IMG/VR virus record: IMGVR_UViG_3300044972_000601
Location: 1-64,000 of that record
Length of the DNA stretch: 64,000 bases
Strand: one strand, 5' to 3'
From: a virus
Below, in pieces: positions 46,801-56,868 of this stretch. The notes under the pieces were generated by a model. That model worked only from the letters and a program-made list of their open reading frames with translations, did no database searches and was not told the origin of the DNA. Every line of letters starts with the position of its first letter. Positions within the stretch are counted from its first letter, which is position 1. Position numbers and translations under genes: made by a program.

Positions 46801-47064
46801 ACCAGCATGGATAGGATTGTTGTTTGAGTCAGTGTAAAATTTGGGTATACCAAATGTATCTGAAAGATCTTTCTGGCTAGTAAGCAAATATATTTTGCCT
46901 GCGTTTGCTGCCAGTGTTCCAGGTGCGGTACCAGTACCTGCACCATTTTGTTTATTTTCTGCGGAAGCAACGACAATTAACGGTACAGTGCCGGGGGCAG
47001 CTGGAGTGTAGAAACTCTCGTCTATTACTGTTACGCTTACGCCTGGTGAACTTAATTGAGCCAT
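43855..47064 (-). CDS. 18: Contractile tail sheath protein (gp18)
   Basis: SPGVSVTVID, WFAPAGTRRG, RINVARL, FEPND, PVKAVEFI; start reassigned to 47064. Confidence 0.95.
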   Translation of the reverse strand: MAQLSSPGVSVTVIDESFYTPAAPGTVPLIVVASAENKQNGAGTGTAPGTLAANAGKIYLLTSQKDLSDTFGIPKFYTDSNNNPIHAGEQNEYGLEAAYSFLGVSNRAYVVRADLDLDQLTGKAEAPTGAPADGTYWFATADTKFGVNQYNADTGTFGTDNVRYPTIITDVNQLVGAVADGDPATSVGANGEYALVATTSLNRLYYKKVLTNTAAGTWVKVGTGAWKASWPAATGNIVSPTLLVGDEIVINSVTVTGVESVTALAAAINAANISAGGVKAAAISGFLNLYSSGVDIVISGTTVAKVGLSSTTYIAPVLQISKHTSVPTFDADNAPTGSIWVKTTKPNQGADYIIKKYSATTGAFVEQAVSLYPTAAQALNGLDPLTGGLGLAIGTVYVKTNDAETTNEADFKIYARSGVGPTIVTSIAITTARNFTAGTNTFQLDVSRAGSNTYTNVTVTFTAGTDPVQNVNSLLDQLHSQLTGLPVTATRTTTNQIVISHTDGGDIKFTDGTGAPINQLFAAGTTTNFYLDPTGVADGVASLWTESFDITSSDTAPTSTPTDGTLWYNTMIDEVDIMVHNGTIWKGYSSIAGSNPTGPIVSATRPTLQSDGTALVNGDLWISTADLENFPLIYKFNFTTKKWVLLDNADQTTQNGVLFADARWNTTGEGPDASPIVDLLGSDFVDFDCPDPALYPSGTLLWNLRRSGFNVKRYQETYVDVLARNIRFGDEVMTDYYPARWVSYAANQVNGAGSFGRKAVRQVVLAAINAEINGNTNMRDEESLIFNLMACPGYTEAITALVGLNYDRGQTAFVVGDTPARLTPDATTLSNWGNNTANATVNGDDGLIATDAYLGVFYPWGYTTDLLGNNIVVPPSHMMLRTIALSDNVSYPWFAPAGTRRGGITNVSSVGYVDPLTGEFNATALNNGQRDTLASIHVNPITFITGTGLVNFGQYTRQLTASSLDRINVARLVIYLRRQFAQLAKPYVFEPNDTITRNEIKQAAESLLLELVGQRALYDYLVVCDTSNNTPARIDRSELYLDVAIEPVKAVEFIYIPLRLKNTGEIAGL

Positions 47065-47096
47065 ATGTTTTATCTCCATGAATACATGTTCTAATG

Positions 47097-47173
47097 TATT
47101 TATAGGTTTTTTGGTTTTTCTAGCTGATATAGCGTAATGAAATTGACAAAAAAGGCTTGAAAAGGTATAAATA
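47097..47173. promoter_or_regulatory. Divergent TATAAATA late promoters
   Basis: Minus 47097-47104 (sheath); plus 47166-47173 (HNH gene). Confidence 0.75.
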
Positions 47174-47196
47174 TTTTCACAAAGGTCTTAAAAGGT

Positions 47197-47916
47197 ATGC
47201 ATCCAGATTTAATAAAAAACAAATATACAAAATGGTACGCTTTGATTATTGCTAATTGTAAAATGCGTGTTAAGCCAACTGTTTATACAGAGTCTCATCA
47301 TATTCTTCCTAGGAGTTTAGGAGGTGCTGATGTTCCTGAAAATTTAGTAATCTTAACTGCAAGGGAGCATTTTGTAGCACACTTGCTATTAGCTAAAATG
47401 TACAGAGGCGATAGTGGAATTAAGATGGCACAGGCTATTAATGCTATGTCTATGCAGGATCGTGACGGAAAACGTACTCGATTAAATTCAAAAAAATATG
47501 CTCTTGCAAAGTCAATAATTAGTAAAATATATCGACAAGCTGGCAAAGAATATAAAAAAGAAAAAACAATACAGGATGAAATCTTATCTGCACATACTGA
47601 TCTAACAAAAGTATTTGATAGGGGATCTTGTAAGATATGCGGAATTCGACCAAAAACTATTAATTATATCAAAGAAGGCAAGACCTTTTATAGATCAACT
47701 TGTACTATTTGTAGTAAAGGAGATACACGAGAACGGGTTCCAGATTGGATGCGGGATGGCTATAAAAAATTAACAAATTGCGAAATATGTAATTTTAAAT
47801 CAAAATTTACAGAACAATTACTTGTAAATAAAGAAAATAAAAAATACAAAACAATCTGTTTAAACTGTCAAGTGGCTATTAAATTGACTCCGCCGAAGTT
47901 AATTCCCGATTTATAA
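47197..47916 (+). CDS. HNH homing endonuclease with C-terminal Zn fingers
   Basis: ESHHILPRSLGG...NLVILTAREHFVAH; four CxxC pairs. Confidence 0.85.
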   Translation: MHPDLIKNKYTKWYALIIANCKMRVKPTVYTESHHILPRSLGGADVPENLVILTAREHFVAHLLLAKMYRGDSGIKMAQAINAMSMQDRDGKRTRLNSKKYALAKSIISKIYRQAGKEYKKEKTIQDEILSAHTDLTKVFDRGSCKICGIRPKTINYIKEGKTFYRSTCTICSKGDTRERVPDWMRDGYKKLTNCEICNFKSKFTEQLLVNKENKKYKTICLNCQVAIKLTPPKLIPDL

Positions 47917-48538
47917 GAGGGTATACTTGGGCGTACAAGTCATCAATGTGTCCATTGTTGTCTAATACAGCATCAAACTCAGTACCAACCCATGCAGTTT
48001 CACTGGCATGAATTCCTAATTCTTCTATTTTAGACTTGCTCAATGCCCAGGTCATGTTGCCTCGGTCACCTTTATTCATGCTGATTGCCGCGTCGTACCA
48101 TTCAGGTTCAGTGCCTCGGAGAACACGTACAACAATGCCGCCAGCATCTTTAATTGACTTAATTTCGTTAGGAAAGCGGCAATCACTGATAACAACATCG
48201 TCTGTACTATTACGTAGCTTGTTTTCTAAACTGGCAATCCAAATATCATCGTGAAATGCTCGACGACATACTTCAGTACCCCAGTATTGTAACACCCAAC
48301 GTGGTGTGAGATTGGGTATATTCAAGCGTTCTGACCACCAAGGATCTACCTGTTCACGCCATTCACGGGCTTGTTTAGTGCGTCCTTCTAACATAGTACG
48401 GTCCCAGCCGAACACTTGTGCCACTGCATCTTTAAGACTATTGGCAAATGATTCTCGACGAAATCCGTGAAAGTTAGTAAGGTAGTCGGCAATAGTATCT
48501 TTGCCAGAACCAATAAAACCGCAAACGCCTATAATCAT
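47879..48538 (-). CDS. 1: Deoxynucleoside monophosphate kinase (gp1-like)
   Basis: GFIGSGKDT, SFANSLK, PRWVLQYWGTE, DCRFPNE, HASE. Confidence 0.92.
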   Translation of the reverse strand: MIIGVCGFIGSGKDTIADYLTNFHGFRRESFANSLKDAVAQVFGWDRTMLEGRTKQAREWREQVDPWWSERLNIPNLTPRWVLQYWGTEVCRRAFHDDIWIASLENKLRNSTDDVVISDCRFPNEIKSIKDAGGIVVRVLRGTEPEWYDAAISMNKGDRGNMTWALSKSKIEELGIHASETAWVGTEFDAVLDNNGHIDDLYAQVYPLINRELTSAESI

Positions 48539-48597
48539 AGAGCCCCCTAATAATAGCTCTATTATATAACAGTTTTATTACAAAGTCAATTTATTTG

Positions 48598-49383
48598 TTA
48601 GCCAATAACAAATGCATAGCCTGTACCACCTGCTATGTAAGTTTCCATTTCTTTGTCAAGATCTTTAAGTTCCGCTGTTCCAGCAGTTAATAATGCTGTA
48701 CCGTTTAGTGTGATGGCACTACCTGGCCCTGCAATAGAACCAAACTTACTGCGGGCTTCTCCCAGCATGATTTTACAACTTGCCAGTGTATAGTCTTTGA
48801 GCCATTGTTTGGCATAGATATCCTGTAGCAATACCCAGTCTGGACGATAGTTCTGACTCTTAATTAAAATTTGTTCGCCTTGTGCAAACGGGCGTTGTAA
48901 AATGTTTAGAATATGACTTGTGGGCTTCCAACTAAATTCAATGAACGATCCAAACATTTTACCCACTAGCTTTTGATAGCCAGCAAATAGTTCATATGTT
49001 GCAAGGCCGCCCATCATACTACCCGACATCAAATAGGTATTTGTATAGGCCAAGTTGAATGGTTCAAACAATGTACCACCTGCACCCATACCACTTCTAC
49101 TGCCAATTGCTCTGCGAAATACACTTTGCACATTGATAATTTCGTCGGGCAAGCGATATTCGTTTTGATCCTGTATTAATTCAAGGAAGCTATAACTTTC
49201 CTCCACTGCGTTTGGACTGCGTTGTCGAAAGCGATTTAACGCACGATCAAGTCCAGTTTCATAGTGAATAGGGTCAAGCTCTACTTCAATCATGCCATCG
49301 CCAAGCATGGCACGAACATAGTCAAACACTTTGTTTCGTTCCAATAATGAATTAGATTCTGTTGTTGCTGGTAGATCGTCCAT
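48598..49383 (-). CDS. 13: Neck protein (gp13-like)
   Basis: LG...IEVEL, WLKDY, GEARSKF, ITLNG. Confidence 0.85.
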   Translation of the reverse strand: MDDLPATTESNSLLERNKVFDYVRAMLGDGMIEVELDPIHYETGLDRALNRFRQRSPNAVEESYSFLELIQDQNEYRLPDEIINVQSVFRRAIGSRSGMGAGGTLFEPFNLAYTNTYLMSGSMMGGLATYELFAGYQKLVGKMFGSFIEFSWKPTSHILNILQRPFAQGEQILIKSQNYRPDWVLLQDIYAKQWLKDYTLASCKIMLGEARSKFGSIAGPGSAITLNGTALLTAGTAELKDLDKEMETYIAGGTGYAFVIG

Positions 49384-49423
49384 ATAAGTTCTCCATGTAT
49401 ATTTAGCTGGCGATAAATATCAT

Positions 49424-50827
49424 ATGCCAAGACTATCACTGTATAAACCCGAACGTGGGCAAGATTATAAATTCATGGATCGCCAGATTTCTGAGATGTT
49501 TCAGGTTGGCGGTACAGATGTATACTTGCACAAGTATATGGGTCCAAAATTAAACCCAAACGGTACCGCAGATCAACCTGTAATTGATTCATACAATGTG
49601 GCAAACATACAGGATTTACTGTTTTTAGAAAACCGTGATAGGAAATACGAAGAAGAAATATACCGTATTCGTGGCATTTATAATGTGCAAAATATCGACT
49701 TTAATCTAAGTCAGTTTGGCCTGTTCATTGATAACGATACAATTTACATGACTGTGCATATCAACGATTTTATCAAGTATATCGATCGTAAACCTATCAG
49801 TGGCGATGTGATAGAACTACCGCATTTGAAGGATCAATTTGCACTGAATGATTACGATATTGCCTTGCCACGATATTATGTAATTGAGGATGTGGGCCGT
49901 GCCAGTGAAGGATTTAGCCCAACTTGGTATCCGCATTTGTACAGATTAAAACTTAAGAAAATAACAGATAGCCAGCAGTTTGCTGACATTCTCAACAAAC
50001 CTGCTACAGATGCTAACGGTGATCCAAGTGGTATGACATTGCGTGATTTGCTCAGTACACACAACAAAGAACTGGAAATCAACGATCAAGTTGTTGCACA
50101 AGCAGAAGCAGATGCACCCAAGAGTGGATACGAAACAAGACAGTTTTATACACTTGCAGTTGATTCTACGGGCAAACCAACATTAACAACCGCGGATGAA
50201 ACTGATATATCAGCGGCATCTTCAGTAAGAGCAAGTCAAGTGAATGGTGTTCCGGAGCGTACTGGATATACAGGTTATTTGGTAGGCGACGGTTTTCCAG
50301 TTAACGGATACGAGTTTGGATTTGGAATACAGTTCCCTATGGCACCAGCACAAAATGATTTCTTTTTGCGTACTGATTTTTTACCCAATAGACTGTTTAG
50401 ATTTGATAGTACTAGATGGATCAAAGTTGAAGATGCAGTACGTATGAATATGACTAATAACGACACAAGACGTACTTTTAAGACTAACTTTATTAACAAT
50501 ACTAATCACATGTATACTGATATTGTTGCTACTGATTATGTAAGATTAGAAATTGGAGATACGGTTGTACTTACTAACATTGCGTCCACTGTCACAGCAC
50601 CGTATGTTGTGTTAAAACTTGATACAAACAAATTAGAATATGCACTTGCAGATCATCCAGAGTTAATTTCTATTGCAGGTAGTTTTATACAAATAGCATT
50701 GCCAGTTATTAATCTAACACAAGAAACAATTCCTTACGATGGAGCGTGGACTGTAACGCTATACAATGTACGCGAAGAAGAGAGGCAAAGTCTCTCTAAG
50801 GCACTTAAACCCAAGGCAGATCTATAA
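49424..50827 (+). CDS. 14: Neck/head-closure protein (gp14-like)
   Basis: LSQFGLFID, GDVIELP; position between gp13 and gp15. Confidence 0.7.
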   Translation: MPRLSLYKPERGQDYKFMDRQISEMFQVGGTDVYLHKYMGPKLNPNGTADQPVIDSYNVANIQDLLFLENRDRKYEEEIYRIRGIYNVQNIDFNLSQFGLFIDNDTIYMTVHINDFIKYIDRKPISGDVIELPHLKDQFALNDYDIALPRYYVIEDVGRASEGFSPTWYPHLYRLKLKKITDSQQFADILNKPATDANGDPSGMTLRDLLSTHNKELEINDQVVAQAEADAPKSGYETRQFYTLAVDSTGKPTLTTADETDISAASSVRASQVNGVPERTGYTGYLVGDGFPVNGYEFGFGIQFPMAPAQNDFFLRTDFLPNRLFRFDSTRWIKVEDAVRMNMTNNDTRRTFKTNFINNTNHMYTDIVATDYVRLEIGDTVVLTNIASTVTAPYVVLKLDTNKLEYALADHPELISIAGSFIQIALPVINLTQETIPYDGAWTVTLYNVREEERQSLSKALKPKADL

Positions 50828-52338
50828 TGCAACATTTTTACGATGGTCAAATACGTAGATATCTAACACAAACAATTCGGGTGTTCAGTAATTTTGTAGT
50901 CAAATACAGCGACGGTACACTAGTACGTATTCCGGTTATGTATGGTGATGCTGACAGACAAGTTGCCAGTATCATAAGGCAAAATAGTGAAAACAAAGTT
51001 AATAGTGTTCCTAGAATTTCTGTGTATATCGGCGAATTAAGTTTGGATCGTAATAGACTTAGCGATTCAAGTTTTGTAGGAAAAGTACACTTTAGAGAAC
51101 GTGGAATCCAAGTTGACACAGCAACTGGGAATGACACGTATAATCAAAGCCAGGGCCGTAATTATACTGTTGAACGTGTGATGCCAACTCCATTCAAACT
51201 GACAATGAAAGTAGATATATGGGCCGCCAATACTGACCAGAAATTACAAATCATGGAACAGCTATTGGTGTTGTTTAATCCTAGTTTGGAACTACAAACA
51301 ACTGACAATTACATTGATTGGACCAGTTTAACCACCTTAGAATTAACTGATGTAAAATGGGGCAGTAGAACTGTTCCAGTAGGAACTGATACTCCTATTG
51401 ACATAGCTACACTAACAGTAGTAACTCCAATTTGGATTAGTCCGCCTGCTAAAGTCAAACACCTTGGCGTTATTACCAAAATTATCACAAGTTTTTATCA
51501 AGATTCAAACACAAGCCCAAGTGGATACATAGATGGCCTAGGGCAAGATCTTGCTGGCCCAACAATAACATTATCAACAGAGCTGACAAGAATAACCGAA
51601 ACTACCAGCGGTAACTTTGGAATTCAAGTATACGGTGGCGAAGTTAGATTAATGGCTTCGAGTGAAAATGCAATACCTAAAAACAATCTTTTAGAATTGC
51701 CGGTTAAACAAGGGCCAGCTATCAATTGGCTAGTGCTGTTTGAACAATTTCCTCAGCAGTATGTTGCTGGTTCCAGTAGATTGTTTTTAACGCAGCCCAA
51801 CGGATCAAGTGTCATAGGTACTATATTGATCAACCCATTGGATAATACACTACTTAATGTGTCATGGGATACTGATACACTTACTACCAACACCGGCATA
51901 GATAGTAATGGATACTTGGATACTGATATTGGATACAATTTAGGCGGGTGTCACAGAGCCAGTAGTCCGGGCACGTTCGATGCCATCATGGACCCACTGG
52001 TTACTGGGCCCAGTGATGCAAAATTTGTTTCTCGATACGGTGCATTAGCAGCTGGTCGACGTTATTTAATAATAGAAGATATCGGCAGTGTGATCAATAC
52101 AGACGGTGCCGATGCTTGGAAAAGCACTGCAAATGTTGATTTTGTGGCACATGCCAACGATATTATCGAATGGAGTGGCACAGCATGGCAAGTAATTTTT
52201 AACAGCATTCAAGAAGCAGACACCATGGTATGGCAGACGAATATATACACTGGAGTTCAGTACGCATGGAACGGAGTTTCCTGGGTCAAGAGCTTTGAAG
52301 GTGAATATAAGGCCGGCCAATGGATGATAGAACTATAA
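50827..52338 (+). CDS. 15: Tail sheath stabiliser/terminator (gp15-like) with C-terminal extension
   Basis: FYDGQIRRY, IPVMYG, PRIS, MPTPF, QIMEQLLVLFNP. Confidence 0.85.
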   Translation: MQHFYDGQIRRYLTQTIRVFSNFVVKYSDGTLVRIPVMYGDADRQVASIIRQNSENKVNSVPRISVYIGELSLDRNRLSDSSFVGKVHFRERGIQVDTATGNDTYNQSQGRNYTVERVMPTPFKLTMKVDIWAANTDQKLQIMEQLLVLFNPSLELQTTDNYIDWTSLTTLELTDVKWGSRTVPVGTDTPIDIATLTVVTPIWISPPAKVKHLGVITKIITSFYQDSNTSPSGYIDGLGQDLAGPTITLSTELTRITETTSGNFGIQVYGGEVRLMASSENAIPKNNLLELPVKQGPAINWLVLFEQFPQQYVAGSSRLFLTQPNGSSVIGTILINPLDNTLLNVSWDTDTLTTNTGIDSNGYLDTDIGYNLGGCHRASSPGTFDAIMDPLVTGPSDAKFVSRYGALAAGRRYLIIEDIGSVINTDGADAWKSTANVDFVAHANDIIEWSGTAWQVIFNSIQEADTMVWQTNIYTGVQYAWNGVSWVKSFEGEYKAGQWMIEL

Positions 52339-52769
52339 CAGAAAAAATCATATGCAGTGGTGCATTGTTTTGTGCCAAATCAACTCAAAGATTTTTATTA
52401 CTACAAAAAGCACACGGCAAACATGTAGGCACTTGGGGACTAGTGGGCGGTACTAATATATCTGGAGAATCTCCTTGGCAAGGTCTTCAGCGTGAAATTG
52501 AAGAAGAAATAGGAAAAGTTCCTTACATTAATAAAACGCTACCTTTAGAAAAATTCACCAGCAATGACAGTGTGTTTAACTTTCACACGTACTTCTGTGT
52601 TGTGGAAGAAGAATTTATTCCTATTCTAAGTGACGAACACAGTGCCTGGGGCTGGTTCAGCTTGGATCGGCTTCCTAAACCCGTACACCGAGGACTCGAT
52701 TTAAGTCTGCGTAATCGAGTCATTCAAACCAAAATACAAACTGTGATAGATTTAATAGATAACTTATAA
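52320..52769 (+). CDS. Nudix hydrolase
   Basis: GG....GESPWQGLQREIEEEIG Nudix box. Confidence 0.88.
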   Translation: MDDRTITEKIICSGALFCAKSTQRFLLLQKAHGKHVGTWGLVGGTNISGESPWQGLQREIEEEIGKVPYINKTLPLEKFTSNDSVFNFHTYFCVVEEEFIPILSDEHSAWGWFSLDRLPKPVHRGLDLSLRNRVIQTKIQTVIDLIDNL

Positions 52770-52772
52770 AAC

Positions 52773-52799
52773 AAAAAAGCCGCATCAAGCGGCTTTTTT
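52773..52799. terminator. Bidirectional terminator between convergent genes
   Basis: AAAAAAGCCGC-ATCAA-GCGGCTTTTTT. Confidence 0.85.
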
Positions 52800-52816
52800 G
52801 TTGGGTACTGTTTGAA

Positions 52817-55800
52817 TTAAGCCTGCGCTTCACTCCAACGCAACACCAAGTTACAAGGAATAGTTCCTGAACCTGAAGCACGATAGATATTAATAGCCAA
52901 CACGTCTGGACCATTTGGATATGTGCCTCGACCACCCAATGTGGTATTTGTAAGTTCTTTCAACGGACTTAGATTCAGTGAATTGGTAGAACCTGGGGCA
53001 GCAATAAACGAGAAAATCTGCTCGCCTGGTTGTGCGTATGGGGGTTGTCCAAACTTGAATGTTACTGTGGTTGAACCAGCGGTAATTGTTGTAGTATCCG
53101 ATGTCTGGTTAAACGTCACACGATAATACTGTGTTGCAAAATACGTGGACAAGGTCACTGATGAAACAAACGTACCACCTGGAAAAATACCGCCAACGTT
53201 GACTTCAGTACCTGTGGTAGCAGAAGTTGCTTCCCAGCTTGCTTTGGTGAAGAATATTAGTGAAGTTCTTGTAAGAGGATAGCTGATTGTCGATGTTAAT
53301 GTTGTGGCACCAGCAGTTGAACCGCTTGGGTTTTTACTCAATGTTATGTAGTAGTATTGTGTACCACTGAAACTGCCCCAGAAGTTTATTGAGTTAATAA
53401 CAGTACCAGATTGTATGTTTGATCCTGTAATAGGTTGCCCAGTTTGTAGCCCAGCTGCAATATATGTTGAGTAATTGGCTGCTGTTATAAACAAGTACGG
53501 ATACCCGCTAAGAACGGAATTACTGTTACCAGGAATTAGTTCAATGCTAAGTGTTCCAGTTGGAAACGCCACTGACGTAATAGAACTTGTGGTCTGCGTT
53601 GCACCGCTGGCCCAAACAATACCACCGCCACTTGCTACTTGTGAGAAACTGGGCAATCCGCCAGCTCCTGCACCTTGTAATCCGTTCCATGCCACGTCAG
53701 AAACGTTGAGTGGATAATTTTGTGGATTCAGCACACCTTCAATAACAATACCACCCGTGTATGGAGTTGTGCCGGTGTAACCGTCGGACGTAATTTCAAG
53801 AGCTTGTAATAACAATTGAGCACGGTTAATCAGTTCTCTATCACCCAAGTCGCCAATAAGAGCATTGCTCACGCTGGGTGCCAGTCGAATCATGAAAGCT
53901 GTTTGTTTAGTTGTTGATACCAACAAGTTTGTGGCTTGATAGTTGAACAAATATCCACGGTCTTGGTCAAATCCACCGTCTTGAATATAAGCACTACCCC
54001 AGTGACTGATGTTTGGAGTTGCTGTGGCAGCAACTTGCAATACACCTTCATACTTGGCATGCGTTGCGGCAACACCTGCACTGTATGCTCTTGCAGAACC
54101 TGCAACAAAGTGAGTGAATGTTGTGGCACGAACTGCACCTGTCAAGTTGCCTGCATTAACACTGGCACTTTTGCCAGTGTATCTAATTAGTTCGTTGTCA
54201 ATGTACACAGTGCCAGCTGTTGGGAAATATGTCAAATCAGATACTGGAATAGTTGTTTGACTGTCAGTCATTGCTTCTGTCAACACACTCTTTGCACCTT
54301 CGTTGATGACTTCATAACGAACTGGGCTGTTACCTGAACGTTGATAAGCTTCTCTATTTAAATTGTTACCACGCAATCTATGCACAGTGATGTATCGTCC
54401 ATCAGGGCCACGCATCATCCAGTCACAGAAACCAGCACCATACCATGTCCACTGCAAGCCAATCATCTGCATCTTGCCCACATCAATGTTAAAACCGCTG
54501 GGGTTATGCACTCCGCCAGTGCCGTCACAGCGATCCACATTCCATTCTCTTTGCGGAACAGTGTAGTCAACCACACGAGCCATCTTGATACCAGATGCGG
54601 TGTTAACACCGCGATAGTCTGGAGTAACTGTGATTTGTGTATCGCTGTTAACTTGGCTGACCACGTGAGTCATACCACGAACAACCACACGGTCACCTGC
54701 TGCCAACTGGGCAATAAAGCGAGTGTTGGTTCCAGTAAGAATATTGCTATCTGGAGAGACTGCAATAGTTCCAGATACTTGGAATGTGCTGGAACGACGT
54801 CCAATTGCCAATGTCTGGCCATCGTATTGCCAGTAAGGTCCGTTTTGGTCGTCAAATGTGCCTGCACGAACAATCGCACCAGTCCAGTTTTTAACCACCA
54901 TGAAACTTGGTCCGGCCAAATCTGTAGTTGTTGCGCCTAGTGTTTGGGTGGCCAGTACTGTCAATGTTCTTTCATCCACAATACTGGTAACTGTGTATGA
55001 GCCATCATAGCCCGAGGTAAGTACTCCGTGAAGTTCTATACCTGCGCCAATCTGACATGAATGATCCACGTCATCTGTGATAATAGTAATAATGCTGCCA
55101 ACAGTTGTACCAGATGCAGTTACACTTCTGATGTCATAGTTAGGAGCAAACAATGCGCCTGTGTTGTAGTTAATGGCTTTACCAGATTGATAACGAATAT
55201 ATTTCTTGCTCATACGAATTGCATGACTACCGTAGCTTGGACTTCCTGTGCTTAGAATAACACCGCCATCCAATGGACGATGTAAGAAATAAGCATCAGG
55301 ACGAGCGTAAATTATACCACCAATTGTGCCTGTGATAACCACAGCACTTCTGGCGGTATATGTAAGTGTTGTCAATGTTGGAACTGTTTCAACAAAAAAC
55401 GGGCCGCCGGCAAATTTGTGATTCAGTGTGTCGCCTGAGTCACTAGTAGTTGATACTATAATTGTGTCGCCAGGTAAAAAGCCGTGGGCAGCTGGAAATG
55501 TAACAGTGATCACAGGAGTTGCGGCTGCACTGTATGTGAACTGTGGAGCACTTACTTGTGACCCAGTATAAAAACCACCCTTACGTAGTTGAATAATTGG
55601 GCTGAATAAATTGTCGCCGTTTGTAACACCAACTTGTGCCTTAGCATAATAGGTAAAAGTAGTTGTTGTAGGCACACTAAAAATAATAAAACTTCCTTCA
55701 GCACGACTAAAACCAGTAATGGCAGTGTTGAAACCTTTAATTGTGACGGGCTGACCAACTGTATATCCGTGAACGCTGGATGTTGTGATGGTAATTAAAC

Positions 55801-56323
55801 TTTCGCCTGTTGCAGCATTTGTTACAGCCGCACTAACGTTTGCATCAGAACCTGGAAGTTCGTAAATACTTGGATAACCACGCATCAAACTAACTGCTTG
55901 CCACTTGGTAGGTTGTAATCCGTATTCAAAGTCAGCGTCCAGCATGGACAAGGGCTGTGATACACGAGTACGTTCAAACGCATCTGTACCAACTTCTGGC
56001 AAACGTACATCTGTCCAGGGTTTTTCGTAGAATATTTGAAGTGTATCGTTAGCGTTATGACTAGCGGTATTAACTTGTAATGTAATAGTGGTAATGCCGT
56101 CAGTGCTGTCTAATGCATGTGGAAAGTCCGTACTATTTGCTCTGCTAAAACTGATTGCTGTGCTAGCGTTTGTTGTGTCTGCAAAGTTATAAAGAATAAC
56201 GTTGCGGGTGGTGTTTGTAATAATCAACAACTGATTAAGGTCAAGTTTACCCGGAACTTTAATAGTACCTACGCCAGCGACACCTGGGGTAAAAACGTAG
56301 CTTCTAATCTGACTTTTGGCCAT
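52817..56323 (-). CDS. Large virion structural (tail/baseplate-associated) protein
   Basis: 1168 aa, T/G/S-rich, repeated HG..GD/Q.V.I beta modules. Confidence 0.75.
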   Translation of the reverse strand: MAKSQIRSYVFTPGVAGVGTIKVPGKLDLNQLLIITNTTRNVILYNFADTTNASTAISFSRANSTDFPHALDSTDGITTITLQVNTASHNANDTLQIFYEKPWTDVRLPEVGTDAFERTRVSQPLSMLDADFEYGLQPTKWQAVSLMRGYPSIYELPGSDANVSAAVTNAATGESLITITTSSVHGYTVGQPVTIKGFNTAITGFSRAEGSFIIFSVPTTTTFTYYAKAQVGVTNGDNLFSPIIQLRKGGFYTGSQVSAPQFTYSAAATPVITVTFPAAHGFLPGDTIIVSTTSDSGDTLNHKFAGGPFFVETVPTLTTLTYTARSAVVITGTIGGIIYARPDAYFLHRPLDGGVILSTGSPSYGSHAIRMSKKYIRYQSGKAINYNTGALFAPNYDIRSVTASGTTVGSIITIITDDVDHSCQIGAGIELHGVLTSGYDGSYTVTSIVDERTLTVLATQTLGATTTDLAGPSFMVVKNWTGAIVRAGTFDDQNGPYWQYDGQTLAIGRRSSTFQVSGTIAVSPDSNILTGTNTRFIAQLAAGDRVVVRGMTHVVSQVNSDTQITVTPDYRGVNTASGIKMARVVDYTVPQREWNVDRCDGTGGVHNPSGFNIDVGKMQMIGLQWTWYGAGFCDWMMRGPDGRYITVHRLRGNNLNREAYQRSGNSPVRYEVINEGAKSVLTEAMTDSQTTIPVSDLTYFPTAGTVYIDNELIRYTGKSASVNAGNLTGAVRATTFTHFVAGSARAYSAGVAATHAKYEGVLQVAATATPNISHWGSAYIQDGGFDQDRGYLFNYQATNLLVSTTKQTAFMIRLAPSVSNALIGDLGDRELINRAQLLLQALEITSDGYTGTTPYTGGIVIEGVLNPQNYPLNVSDVAWNGLQGAGAGGLPSFSQVASGGGIVWASGATQTTSSITSVAFPTGTLSIELIPGNSNSVLSGYPYLFITAANYSTYIAAGLQTGQPITGSNIQSGTVINSINFWGSFSGTQYYYITLSKNPSGSTAGATTLTSTISYPLTRTSLIFFTKASWEATSATTGTEVNVGGIFPGGTFVSSVTLSTYFATQYYRVTFNQTSDTTTITAGSTTVTFKFGQPPYAQPGEQIFSFIAAPGSTNSLNLSPLKELTNTTLGGRGTYPNGPDVLAINIYRASGSGTIPCNLVLRWSEAQA

Positions 56324-56391
56324 TTATGACTTCTCCAAATATTATTAATGTTATTTAGCTTAAATTATTGTTGCTAGTGCTGATTTGTAAT

Positions 56392-56856
56392 TTAAAAGTT
56401 TTTGATGTCAATTGCATCAATTGCTTCGCGTGTTGTACACGCCAATACTTCAGCTTCTAACGCATTATTTGCATCTCGTATTGCTTGCCTAGCTTGTAAC
56501 ACTTCAAGTACTCGAGAAGTTGTATTTTCAAGCTGATCTTGTTCTTTGGCTCTTTCTAGTTGCCAGTCCAGGGCCATTATCTTTTCAGCAGCCTTAGCCT
56601 TGATCTGCGGAATTCTGGATTCTTTATATTTTTGCAAAGAATCCGCTTCTTTAGCTGAGTTGTATTCTGTAACTTGTTGATCCAATGTTTTGCCTGGCAT
56701 TGTGTGTACAACTACGCCGTCAATCAACTTCAAGGTGGCCAACAATTCTGTTGCTGGATTGTATGGATATGCATAGCTGGTGGTGTGTGCGTCTGACTCA
56801 GCATCGAAAAAATTAGTTGCTTCGTTAGTCAGCGGGTCGAATGTGAGATATTTCAT
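56392..56856 (-). CDS. Tail fibre assembly chaperone-like protein
   Basis: DWQ...RQAIRD motif downstream of fibre genes. Confidence 0.6.
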   Translation of the reverse strand: MKYLTFDPLTNEATNFFDAESDAHTTSYAYPYNPATELLATLKLIDGVVVHTMPGKTLDQQVTEYNSAKEADSLQKYKESRIPQIKAKAAEKIMALDWQLERAKEQDQLENTTSRVLEVLQARQAIRDANNALEAEVLACTTREAIDAIDIKNF

Positions 56857-56868
56857 AATTGTCCTGTT

